This document shows positions 54,653 to 63,992 of a stretch of 64,000 nt of DNA, piece by piece. Each line of letters begins with the position of its first letter. Positions within the stretch are counted from its first letter, which is position 1. The translations under genes were made by a program, and so were the position numbers. The notes under the pieces are model-generated. The model worked only from the letters and a program-made list of their open reading frames with translations, ran no database searches and had not been told where the DNA came from. The stretch lies in IMG/VR virus record IMGVR_UViG_3300020438_000007, positions 1-64,000 of that record, one strand, 5' to 3'.

Positions 54653-56200
54653 TTAATAACCTCTCTTATATTTAGCGGATTCATCCTCTGGGTTGATGAT
54701 GATTGTATTTTTACCACTCATGGGTTTAATCTCTTTGTTCTTATCTGGATACTTTTTATCAGTTTCCCAGATAAATTCTTCACGCCAGTCAGAGTATGAC
54801 TCATTTCTTTGTTCAGAGACTCCCATTTTTTTCAGTGCTGCTGCTTTTGCTTTATCCTTCTGCATCTGAGCATAGGTTCTCATGTTTTTCTTGCCCGCAG
54901 CCTTTGCCTCCTGTTCCGCTTTGATGAAATTAGTTGCCTCTTTGACTTCTTTTGCCTTTTCATCTCTCAATCCTTGAATGATTTTATCTGCTGCGTTTCT
55001 TGTCTGCTCTTTACTACTTGCTTTAGTTGCTGGTCTACCCCTCTTACCACTAGTAGATCCTTTTGGTCTACCAGCTTTCTTCGGAACTGATGTTGCCTTA
55101 ACAGTGATTGCCTTATCTCCACTCTCATCATCTTTCTTTCCCTGTGCTTTCATGGCGGCCATGAGTCTATTAGCGCCTGCGTCAGACTTCTTGTTCTTCT
55201 CATTCTGATTGATAGCAGCTTTGACTGCACCCTTCACTATAGGAGAATTGGTCTTCCCACCTTCTCCACCTGTTGTAGTAAGTTTTCCGCCTGGTGATCT
55301 TACAATGTTTCCAATTTTCTGTCCAGAGTCTTTCTCTACTTGGTTCTTAGCAGAGGTGTCTTTCGATGCTGTTTTAATCTGTTTTTCAACTGTTTTATTA
55401 TCAGGCGATTTTGTGAACTTCCTCATCGACGAAGAGTCTTTACTCTGTGTGGGAGTCTTGGATGTATCATTAGTAGTTTGTTTCCTTACCTTTCTAGATT
55501 CTCTATACTTATCCTCTGCTGTTTTTCTTGCAGCTGCTCTTCTTTCCTGGCCTGGTCTATACTTTTCAGCATCACCTGTGATAGTTTTACCACCAGAAGT
55601 TTTTACTTCTTGGGGTTTGTCCATACCAATAAACTTTTTGCCAACACCCTTAAGTGCTGTACCAAGTACACCCCTAGTTCCAGTACCACCAGTAGTAACT
55701 TTATCTGAATCAGAACCTGTAACTTTACTTCTTGGTAATCCTTTTGTGTCTTGTGCTTTCTTTTTATCTTTATAAGCAGAGATGCCACCACCAATAGTAG
55801 ATTGAGCTCTACCAGCCAGGGCTCTCATATTAGTTCCAAGTCCAGTTCCTCTGGTTGCATCTTCTTTATCTGGTCTGTATTTTGCAAATCCTGATACAGC
55901 TCCGCCTACTGCGGAAAGTTGTCTTTGTCCTCTATCAGACGATGCGTACTTACTTGCTCTATCTTTATTCCTATCTAACGTCGCCTGTATCCCTCTTTTC
56001 TTAGTTCCATCGTTTAATCTTCCAGCCCTTGTAGGAATACTAGGAGCCTGAGCACCTTTAGTTACAGGAGATCTAGCTCCTGTAGTGGTGGACTTAACAG
56101 AAGCTGTAGTTTTAGTTTTATCAAAACGTTTTGAGACATCCACTCCAACAATCTCAGTTATTGGAGACTGTTCATATTCAAATTGTTCAAAGCTTTTCAT
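54653..56200 (-). CDS. Large basic low-complexity protein with a capsid-targeting-like N-terminus
   Basis: MKSFEQFEYE..ITE; Lys/Gly/Ala-rich body; ESYSDWREEF motif. Confidence 0.8.
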   Translation of the reverse strand: MKSFEQFEYEQSPITEIVGVDVSKRFDKTKTTASVKSTTTGARSPVTKGAQAPSIPTRAGRLNDGTKKRGIQATLDRNKDRASKYASSDRGQRQLSAVGGAVSGFAKYRPDKEDATRGTGLGTNMRALAGRAQSTIGGGISAYKDKKKAQDTKGLPRSKVTGSDSDKVTTGGTGTRGVLGTALKGVGKKFIGMDKPQEVKTSGGKTITGDAEKYRPGQERRAAARKTAEDKYRESRKVRKQTTNDTSKTPTQSKDSSSMRKFTKSPDNKTVEKQIKTASKDTSAKNQVEKDSGQKIGNIVRSPGGKLTTTGGEGGKTNSPIVKGAVKAAINQNEKNKKSDAGANRLMAAMKAQGKKDDESGDKAITVKATSVPKKAGRPKGSTSGKRGRPATKASSKEQTRNAADKIIQGLRDEKAKEVKEATNFIKAEQEAKAAGKKNMRTYAQMQKDKAKAAALKKMGVSEQRNESYSDWREEFIWETDKKYPDKNKEIKPMSGKNTIIINPEDESAKYKRGY

Positions 56201-56207
56201 GTGTATC

Positions 56208-57059
56208 CTACTTCTGGATGGACTTGTGTGCTTTAAGAATAGAACTTGCGTGTTTCTCTACAGTCTCTTCTGACATAGTTTCTTCCACTTCCTCTTCTTG
56301 TTTAGAGAACGAAACTGGACTCTTGACATTGAAACTCTCGTTCTTAGGACGGCAATCATTCACCATCTTGTTTCCTTTCTTCTTCATTCCGACTTTCTTA
56401 TGAGTATCCCAACAGGCAACTTCATCTACGTTCTCTACTTCTTCCTTCTTCATTGCCTTTCCGATTGCGTCACGACGATTCTTAAGGTATGAATCAGACT
56501 TATCTACATCACCATCATTATCAACATCAGCATCTTCCTTTCCGACTGGATCTAATTTCTTTTTCTTTTTCTTTCCTTCCTCTAAAGGAGTTACTTGATA
56601 CCTTGTACCAGACATCTCTCCAAGAGTAGTAAGGTTTGCTGCAACCTGATCCCAGAGTCTATTGGCCAAGTTCTCATCTGGATTACCTAATGGTTTTGGA
56701 GTAACAACATCAGTAATCTCATGAGTTAAATTACCATCCATATCATGCAATTCAACAGATTCACTGTTGTTAAGTTGACCCTTTCCTCTAAGTTTATCAG
56801 CAGTATCTTTAACTTTTCCGACACCATCAGCAACAGCACCAACCTTACCAGCAATGTTTGCAGCCTTAGAAAGTCCACCCATTACTTTAGCACCCTTAAT
56901 GGCACCCATGGCGGCCTTTGCTGCCAGTAAAGAACCAGTAACTACAGCCTCATCAGTCTGTTCCTTATCATCATGCTCGATGACTTTACCATCAGTATCT
57001 TTCTGATGATGTTCATACATTGATTTATAAGCATTAACCAGTTTTGAATCGTCAGTCAT
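56208..57059 (-). CDS. Modular protein with a DxDxDG loop, putative internal head protein
   Basis: DADVDNDGDVDKSD; CW...KKKGNKMVNDC module; multiple hydrophobic-X-E sites; late motif at 57102-57096. Confidence 0.8.
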   Translation of the reverse strand: MTDDSKLVNAYKSMYEHHQKDTDGKVIEHDDKEQTDEAVVTGSLLAAKAAMGAIKGAKVMGGLSKAANIAGKVGAVADGVGKVKDTADKLRGKGQLNNSESVELHDMDGNLTHEITDVVTPKPLGNPDENLANRLWDQVAANLTTLGEMSGTRYQVTPLEEGKKKKKKLDPVGKEDADVDNDGDVDKSDSYLKNRRDAIGKAMKKEEVENVDEVACWDTHKKVGMKKKGNKMVNDCRPKNESFNVKSPVSFSKQEEEVEETMSEETVEKHASSILKAHKSIQK

Positions 57060-57098
57060 GATAGTAAAAAAATTAGATAGGCCTTGATCTATCCTTAT

Positions 57099-58466
57099 TT
57101 ATCCCTTTCCAACTTTGTAAGGTATAGATGTATCATTATATTTTACTCCAGGTCCACTAGGAGGATCATTAGGATTCTTTACTTTCTTGCCATCATGGTA
57201 AGAACCACTGGTAATTGGTTTAATAATAGGATCATTATTCCATTTCTTATCACCTTGGCCTGGTGTCATTCTCTGCATGTATTGTCTATACTCATCTGTC
57301 CCTACATCATATGCCTCTGTCAAGTCTTTTAACCATGCTTTGTACATAGTAGACTCTGGAGTTTGTACGATAACATGATTCGCACCTCTTCTAGTAATTC
57401 TACCTCTCACTCCAGTGTTTACATTCTCTACTAATGATCCTACTTTATAACATTGCTCGTTGAGATATGCAATTCTCAATCCAAATGGATCTAACTTAGG
57501 TGCATACTGCCATGTCTCAGAAGCTAATGATCCTCTAAGTTGATCATCAGTGGCTCCCATAGATTTTTGAATGAGGTTGAAGAGATTTTTTTTCTCCATA
57601 TTACCTAAGTTGGGAATACCTTTTGCAAATCCTTTGAAGTCATCCTTTGCTACTGCATCTCTCATCTTAGATGCAGACATACCCTCTACACCATCTGAGT
57701 CTGGATCTCTTGCACCAGCAGATATGACTTGAAGATCCTCAAAATCATATAAGTCACCATTATATTTCTGTGCAAGACTTTGGAATTCGGAGAGTCTATC
57801 TTGTCCTACAACTATTGTTATTGCTTTGTATCCTAGATTGAAGGCACCTGTAAGAACATCAAATATAGTTCTTGCATTAGGATCATCTTTGATATCCTCT
57901 TCATAATCTGGGAACATCTTCCTCATATATTCTATTTTCGCACCAGGCTGTAGAGGATTCTTCTTAGAATCTACACTACGACTTGGATATACCTTCAAGT
58001 CAAATCCTAGTCTGTTTGCTTCTGATTTTGCTTTTTGTAATAACTTTTCGTGTCCTACTGTTGGTGGATTGAATCTACCAAATACAACTACTGCACCCTC
58101 GCTAGCAGGATTTCCCATCACCTCTGCTGTCTGTTTATCCGATTCGCCAGGCTCAGGTGATTTGGTTGCGGTAGAAGAAGGATCTTCCTTTGGTTTTGGT
58201 TTTGGAGAAGATGCAACTGGAGCAGGTGCTTTCTTCTGGACAGTGGGTTTCTCAGGTGTGGCAACTTTAGTAGATTTTGGATCGTCGGTGGCGGCCGCAC
58301 CCCCTCCTCCTGTGTATTGAAGTTTACCGCTTACAGTTTTTGCAACGAATTTACCCTTAGCATCATACCAGCCTCCATGACCGTCGCCCTTTAGTCCCTT
58401 GAGTTTAGCCTCAGTGGATGCAGCAGTCTTTACAGCTTCTGTTAAAAATTGACCGAAGGATTTCAC
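57099..58466 (-). CDS. Cytidylyltransferase-like HxGH nucleotidyltransferase with a capsid-targeting-like N-terminus
   Basis: GTG start MKSFGQFLTEA; FGRFNPPTVGHEKL, VVGQDR and MSASKMR motifs; late motif at 58498-58492. Confidence 0.88.
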   Translation of the reverse strand: MKSFGQFLTEAVKTAASTEAKLKGLKGDGHGGWYDAKGKFVAKTVSGKLQYTGGGGAAATDDPKSTKVATPEKPTVQKKAPAPVASSPKPKPKEDPSSTATKSPEPGESDKQTAEVMGNPASEGAVVVFGRFNPPTVGHEKLLQKAKSEANRLGFDLKVYPSRSVDSKKNPLQPGAKIEYMRKMFPDYEEDIKDDPNARTIFDVLTGAFNLGYKAITIVVGQDRLSEFQSLAQKYNGDLYDFEDLQVISAGARDPDSDGVEGMSASKMRDAVAKDDFKGFAKGIPNLGNMEKKNLFNLIQKSMGATDDQLRGSLASETWQYAPKLDPFGLRIAYLNEQCYKVGSLVENVNTGVRGRITRRGANHVIVQTPESTMYKAWLKDLTEAYDVGTDEYRQYMQRMTPGQGDKKWNNDPIIKPITSGSYHDGKKVKNPNDPPSGPGVKYNDTSIPYKVGKG

Positions 58467-58502
58467 AAATATCAATAGACGAGTACAGTTTTATTTATCC
58501 TA

Positions 58503-59762
58503 TTAAGATATCTTATTAAACTTAACAGCAAGATTTTGGAATTGACCCATCTTGTGCATTGCACCTACTTTATTAGTTCTAGTTGTGAAAGCCATTGACA
58601 TGACTGAACCATCACTCAATACAATATTAAAATCTTGCTTACCACTACCCGCTTGAGCCCTCACACTTGTTACAGCCGTCAAGGCAGCAGACAATTTTTC
58701 ATTAGTATTATCTAAACTCGCATCAGTTTCTGTGGCCTTTACCGTTATTGCTGGAGTTCTGAATCCTGAGTATGCAATCTTTTGAGTAATATATTTTTTT
58801 GCCATAACAAAATTACTATTGAAAAGATTGATCAACTCCTGTCTCACAATATTCAAATTAGAATCATATAATCTATTATACTCAGCCTCATTCTGTTGTT
58901 CAAATTCAAAAGTCTTTAGTGCCAGTCTTGATGTTCCCCAGAAGGCTTTATCAGATGCTTCGATACCTTCTATGGATTCATAGTTTGGCCATAGTTTATC
59001 TTTGATTGCATTGTAAGAACTCTGTTCACCAAAGAAATCAAATATTGGTTTCACATATGTGTTCAACTTAGGTTCAGCAGATTTTGCAGTTCCAGCCTTT
59101 AGACTGATACCTAACATACCACCATTTCTATACTGGATAAAGATATCGCCAGGATGACTTCCATCTACACCACTTGGTTTTGCTCTGTATCCCCAGTAAC
59201 ATTGTGCAATAGGATGTTTTGCATTATGAGATCTCAACCACTTTGTTATATTCTTTGCGTTCGTTACTTTTGTTTGGAATGATCCGTTCTCTGCCTGATC
59301 TATAAATTTCTTTCCAGCAACTGCATCCTGTGATGTTAGATAGTATGCAGCATTAGGATTATTAGCCTTTCTAATTGCTTGATAAAAATCTCTAACTGAT
59401 AGGTTAGGATTGATACCGTTCATAAAAGCAATACATGGAAACAGTTCTGTCATGGAAGAGTTCAACGTTGTCATTGACATACCACCCTTTCTGGGTTTGT
59501 ATATAAACATTAAAATAGTTCCGTCACCCATCCTTACACAGGATACAGGAACGGAACTAACAGATTTCTGTTCGTTATAAACTCTGCCTAGTCTTGATAG
59601 AAGTCCTTCTACGTCTGCTTTAGTTTTATCTCTGTCATCAGACTTAACGAGATAAGTAACTGACCTAGAAGTTGCACCTTTTACTTCTACATCTCTATCA
59701 GGAATATTAATCTCCTGTAAGATCTGATTAAGTTCTAATACTTCCTCAGCAGTTCTAGCCAT
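58503..59762 (-). CDS. Hypothetical protein, possibly a PD-(D/E)xK nuclease
   Basis: TE...PGDIF...GISLK pattern; late motif at 59782-59776. Confidence 0.6.
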   Translation of the reverse strand: MARTAEEVLELNQILQEINIPDRDVEVKGATSRSVTYLVKSDDRDKTKADVEGLLSRLGRVYNEQKSVSSVPVSCVRMGDGTILMFIYKPRKGGMSMTTLNSSMTELFPCIAFMNGINPNLSVRDFYQAIRKANNPNAAYYLTSQDAVAGKKFIDQAENGSFQTKVTNAKNITKWLRSHNAKHPIAQCYWGYRAKPSGVDGSHPGDIFIQYRNGGMLGISLKAGTAKSAEPKLNTYVKPIFDFFGEQSSYNAIKDKLWPNYESIEGIEASDKAFWGTSRLALKTFEFEQQNEAEYNRLYDSNLNIVRQELINLFNSNFVMAKKYITQKIAYSGFRTPAITVKATETDASLDNTNEKLSAALTAVTSVRAQAGSGKQDFNIVLSDGSVMSMAFTTRTNKVGAMHKMGQFQNLAVKFNKIS

Positions 59763-59778
59763 GACTTTTTGATACTAT

Positions 59779-60183
59779 TTAGAGGTCTCCCTCCTGTCTG
59801 TTCTCGGAATAATGCACATCAAAACTACCGCCTGGATATCTTTTCTCTAGTTTCTTGACGTTTGTTTCAATTACCTCGTCAAATGATACGTCCAGTGCCA
59901 TACATGCTTGTGCTACATACCACATTACATCTCCCAATTCGGTAATAAGATGATGTTTGTTTGCACCATTCCAAGGCTTTCCTTGGAAAACCATCTTCTT
60001 TACAATCTCAGTAAACTCACCCGCTTCAGCAGATACACCTACCGCAGCAGTCAAAAGTCTTTCAATGTTCGCACCCTGTCCATCCAACTCAACCATACGG
60101 TCAGCGAGATTAACAAAATCTTTGGAAGCGTCAGAGGTTACGGCATCTACAAATGTCTCGTACCTTTTAAAATCAATAGTCAT
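59779..60183 (-). CDS. mazG: MazG-like NTP pyrophosphohydrolase
   Basis: AEAGEFTEIVKK, ELGDVMWY and NVKKLEKRYP motifs. Confidence 0.95.
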   Translation of the reverse strand: MTIDFKRYETFVDAVTSDASKDFVNLADRMVELDGQGANIERLLTAAVGVSAEAGEFTEIVKKMVFQGKPWNGANKHHLITELGDVMWYVAQACMALDVSFDEVIETNVKKLEKRYPGGSFDVHYSENRQEGDL

Positions 60184-61565
60184 TAGAATTTCAACGTTGC
60201 GAACTTGTTTTTGATCTTTTTAGATTCATCATTATTATACTCCTCATCCTGTCCACTGTCAACTATGCCATCCTGAGCACTCTGGTCACAATCAAATAGT
60301 TTCATCTTTGAACGATCAATACCAATAACAAATCTCTTATTCATATTGATATCGTTGTATCTATTCTTCAACTGTTTGATCATAATTTGATTTACTTCCT
60401 CTAATTCCTCCGTAGAAATAAGAGCAAACATAAGGTCGGCAGTAGCGGGAAGACCGAATGACTCAGAGGTATCTGTAATATCAACGTCACTGTTACTATA
60501 CCCACTACGAGTGGTTTGAGTTGCGGATACAATAGGAAGGTTCGCTTCAACTGCGAGACCCCTAAGTTCCTCTGCGATTGCTTTGATGTAGGAGTATGAG
60601 TTGACATTAGAACCAGCTCTATAACGTGATGATGCACATATGTTTAAGTAATCAATAAAGATAATATCAGGTTTGAAAGACTTTTTAAGTGCAAGTTCAT
60701 TCAACAAACCTTTGAAATGTCCTGAGTGTGCAGCGGCAGTGGGATACTCTTTGATGATAAGATTACCTTGAGTCTTTTCTGACAATTTAGTAACCTTAGT
60801 TTCAAACATCTGACGAGGAATCTCTGTCAACTGTTGTATAGGTATGTTTAAAAGATTAGCATCAATTCTTTCAGCAATCTTTTCCTCAGCCATCTCAAGC
60901 GTGATGTATAATACGTTCTTGCCTTGGAGTAACATACTGCTTGCGACATGACACATAAACAAAGACTTACCAACACCAGTGCCAGCGAGAGCAATATTGA
61001 GTGTTTTATTTGGAAGGCCACCCTTTGTAATCTTGTTGAGAAATTCGAGGTCAAACTCGATTCTATCTTCCTTCTTGTGATATGAGTCAAATCTCTCCTC
61101 ATAATCCTCTAAGTAATCGTGTCCAACATGGTTATCAAATCCAACAGCAAGTGCATCTGATAGGATAGCAGGGATAGCATCGACACCTTTCTTGATATCA
61201 TGTCCGTCTGCAATAGAGATACTCTCGACCAGTGCAAGATAGATTGCTCTTTCCTTACACCATTTCTCTGTAGTATCTATCAACCAATCATCTACAGCAT
61301 CTTCTTTACTTGTCTGACTTAGACAATCTAAAATTTCTTTGTAGGTATCATCATTGATATCCTTTCTCTTCTCACATTCAATGGAGAGAATCTCTACAGT
61401 AGGGCACTTGTCATAGTCTACAATAAATCTTGCACACTCTTCAAATATAATCTTATCTGTCGTCTTGTCAAAGTAATCGGGTTTTAGGAAAGGCAATACC
61501 TTCCTTGTATAATCCTCATTGAATATGAGATTCTTGATGATCGTATTTTCAATAGTTTCAATCAT
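60183..61565 (-). CDS. Replicative DNA helicase (T4 gp41-like)
   Basis: AGTGVGKS, TLEMAEE, IDYL, SATQ and KNRY motifs. Confidence 0.97.
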   Translation of the reverse strand: MIETIENTIIKNLIFNEDYTRKVLPFLKPDYFDKTTDKIIFEECARFIVDYDKCPTVEILSIECEKRKDINDDTYKEILDCLSQTSKEDAVDDWLIDTTEKWCKERAIYLALVESISIADGHDIKKGVDAIPAILSDALAVGFDNHVGHDYLEDYEERFDSYHKKEDRIEFDLEFLNKITKGGLPNKTLNIALAGTGVGKSLFMCHVASSMLLQGKNVLYITLEMAEEKIAERIDANLLNIPIQQLTEIPRQMFETKVTKLSEKTQGNLIIKEYPTAAAHSGHFKGLLNELALKKSFKPDIIFIDYLNICASSRYRAGSNVNSYSYIKAIAEELRGLAVEANLPIVSATQTTRSGYSNSDVDITDTSESFGLPATADLMFALISTEELEEVNQIMIKQLKNRYNDINMNKRFVIGIDRSKMKLFDCDQSAQDGIVDSGQDEEYNNDESKKIKNKFATLKF

Positions 61566-62104
61566 TGATAATGAAGATATGTACTCATAATGTACTTTGG
61601 TGATCCGTCTTTAACAGGATATCCTCTGTGTGGATATTGCCATGTGGGAGGGAATACTAACACTCTACCAGTTTTAGGTTGAACTGTCAATTCATTATAT
61701 GGAAAGTCGGTCTCTCCGCCTACAAAATCATCATTAAGATAAAAGAGAAAAGCAAGGTATCTCTTTGCACTCATGTGATCTTGAACATCAGTATGCAATC
61801 CAAACTGGTCACTGCCTGGATCATACTTTTTAATTCTAAATTCTTCAAAGAAAAATCTGTCAGGGAACCACTCCACATATTCTGGCAGATCTTTCTTATA
61901 TCGTTTTATTACATCTACAGTTTTGTAACACAACAACTGTACAAACTTATCAAACTTGCCAGCCGTGTTTAAATTAACTTGAGTAAAATCAGGTACTCCA
62001 CCATTTTCTACTCTCTGCTTTTTCTCACAGTTTTCATATGTTTCTATGATAGATTTGCATAATGATTCATCAAAAACCTCATAGGTCTTGATGAATTTAT
62101 CCAT
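61562..62104 (-). CDS. 2OG-Fe(II) oxygenase (prolyl-4-hydroxylase-like)
   Basis: HTD, YLND..GGET.F, HRG and KYI motifs; start at MDKFIK. Confidence 0.88.
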   Translation of the reverse strand: MDKFIKTYEVFDESLCKSIIETYENCEKKQRVENGGVPDFTQVNLNTAGKFDKFVQLLCYKTVDVIKRYKKDLPEYVEWFPDRFFFEEFRIKKYDPGSDQFGLHTDVQDHMSAKRYLAFLFYLNDDFVGGETDFPYNELTVQPKTGRVLVFPPTWQYPHRGYPVKDGSPKYIMSTYLHYQ

Positions 62105-63098
62105 AGCTAAAGGTATCCCCTGCAACCTTCTCCAACTTTGCCATAACTTCGTCAGTAAAATATTCTTCGGGGGAAGCCAGAATTTGTTTGGCATAGATCT
62201 TCTTACCATTCATCTCATAACGACCAGCAACATTCTTCCACAGACCACCAAGTTCTCCTAGTTCTAGAAGACCATAGTATCTGTCAAGACCTCTCTCATC
62301 ATAGTAAAGTCTGATAGCGACTTCCTTATTTTCTTTACTCAGACGCGACTTGTGCGTCTTAGCTTTAATAAGATTTCCAACGACTTCCGTTCCTTCCTTT
62401 TCTTTAGCCTTTCTAAGATAAATGATTGTGCTCGCTGCATACTTGAGACCGCTGCCTCCGCCCATCTCTTTGGTGGGAACGTATGATCCGATGACATCAT
62501 AGGTATGATTAGTAACTATTAGTGGAATCTTTGCCTGACCAAGTTTAAGAGTTAACATTCTAAATGCACCCTTGACAAGTTGAGATTTGGTCATGTCTCT
62601 GACTTGTTTATCATCTAGTGCGTCACGAATCTCTTTCTCTGTGGATAACATACCAAGAGAATCCAATACAAACATACAAGGTTTGCGATTGTCCTCATCT
62701 GTCTTAAGGTATATATCTACGGCTTTAAGTGCCTTCTGTCTAAACTCTTCGATTGTTACCACATTGACAACAACGAGCCTTTCGAGATCAACTCCTCTAG
62801 ACTCAAGGAGTCCCCTATTGACAGCAGCTTCAGTATCAAAATAGAGACAATACCCATCAGGGTTAGTGTCAAGGAAATTTTTAACGACAGCGAGGCTGAA
62901 GAAAGTTTTTCCAGTGCTAGACTCCCCAGCAATAGCAGTAATCTTATTCCGAGATACACCACCAAATATACTACCTGATACGAGTCCGTTAAAAATGTAC
63001 GAACCTGTGTCAATAAATTCTTCAGTCGATTCTGCCTCGGAGGCAAGGTGGGTGTACTCATCTCCTATCTCTTTGACTATTTCTTTTAAAAAATCCAT
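62097..63098 (-). CDS. uvsX: RecA-like recombinase
   Basis: AGESSTGKT, FDTE, LDSLG, TNHTY and MGGGSG motifs. Confidence 0.97.
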   Translation of the reverse strand: MDFLKEIVKEIGDEYTHLASEAESTEEFIDTGSYIFNGLVSGSIFGGVSRNKITAIAGESSTGKTFFSLAVVKNFLDTNPDGYCLYFDTEAAVNRGLLESRGVDLERLVVVNVVTIEEFRQKALKAVDIYLKTDEDNRKPCMFVLDSLGMLSTEKEIRDALDDKQVRDMTKSQLVKGAFRMLTLKLGQAKIPLIVTNHTYDVIGSYVPTKEMGGGSGLKYAASTIIYLRKAKEKEGTEVVGNLIKAKTHKSRLSKENKEVAIRLYYDERGLDRYYGLLELGELGGLWKNVAGRYEMNGKKIYAKQILASPEEYFTDEVMAKLEKVAGDTFSYG

Positions 63099-63113
63099 AA
63101 TGATTCACTTCTA

Positions 63114-63773
63114 TTATAATTCTACCACAGACCACAATAAATTACCAGCAATTGATATTCTTGGTTCATTTGTGTTATAAAATGGATACACTTGATGATG
63201 TAATGTCGATGGAAATAACATCAGGGTGCCTTCCATTTCTGGACTCATGAAGATAGGATACTCAATGGTATTCCCTAGAATATCATTGTAGGTAAACTGA
63301 AAATCAGATGCAGCTTTAGAATGGAATGGTAGGTTGTGTTGATCCTCATGGTGTGTGGGGATCTTCATCCAGATCACAAATGATGTAATCCCTGAGTGGG
63401 CGTGTTCTGGATTGAACTCAGTTTGATATTGGTAGTTTACCCACCAATTCATTCTAAGTTCTGTTGTATATTTTAGATCTAAACTTGGGTCAAGATCTAT
63501 AGGAGGAAAGTAATGCTTTGGGTCTTCATCTATCAACTGTTGTGTTAGAGGACCTACAACTTCATCTTTGAATTTGTTAGCGTCGTCTTTCAATCCTAGA
63601 CTGCCAGTTATATTTCCAGCAAGTCTGTAACTGTAATCGTTACTATTATTGACATTATCTTTCTCCGCCTGTTTAACCACAGACCAAAGATAAGTCATCC
63701 ACTTATCATTAAGTTTAGTCTTATACAATGGCATATTGGGTAATTTAAACCCTTCCCATGCTATGTCACTCAT
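63114..63773 (-). CDS. 2OG-Fe(II) oxygenase-like protein
   Basis: WVNYQ..EFNPEHAH, FPSTLHHQVYP and RISIAGN motifs. Confidence 0.8.
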   Translation of the reverse strand: MSDIAWEGFKLPNMPLYKTKLNDKWMTYLWSVVKQAEKDNVNNSNDYSYRLAGNITGSLGLKDDANKFKDEVVGPLTQQLIDEDPKHYFPPIDLDPSLDLKYTTELRMNWWVNYQYQTEFNPEHAHSGITSFVIWMKIPTHHEDQHNLPFHSKAASDFQFTYNDILGNTIEYPIFMSPEMEGTLMLFPSTLHHQVYPFYNTNEPRISIAGNLLWSVVEL

Positions 63774-63912
63774 CTCTCTTTGGATAATAAACTTCTACAT
63801 AAGATTCACACTTAGGACATGAAAGATTAGTTACGAAACTATACTCCTCAGCAAAGGGACAATCAGTATCCCCTCCCCATATGAGTTCAGTGTTGCAGTG
63901 CCAACAATTCAT
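63766..63912 (-). CDS. Small Zn-ribbon protein (48 aa), not in the ORF track
   Basis: MNCWHCNTELIWGGD...NLSCPKCESYVEVY. Confidence 0.75.
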   Translation of the reverse strand: MNCWHCNTELIWGGDTDCPFAEEYSFVTNLSCPKCESYVEVYYPKRDE

Positions 63913-63992
63913 TTCTTAAAAACTCCAAGTTTTGCTAGTAGATATACTGACAATATTGTCCAGAATACAACTTCTAATCCTATATTATTCAT
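63909..63992 (-). CDS. Membrane micropeptide (27 aa), not in the ORF track
   Basis: MNNIGLEVVFWTILSVYLLAKLGVFKK; ATGA overlap. Confidence 0.6.
   Translation of the reverse strand: MNNIGLEVVFWTILSVYLLAKLGVFKK

Noticed and set aside
56490-56550. DxDxDG loop as a canonical EF-hand calcium sensor
   Set aside because: It is a single loop without paired helix-loop-helix context. It is kept only as a module of the putative head protein.
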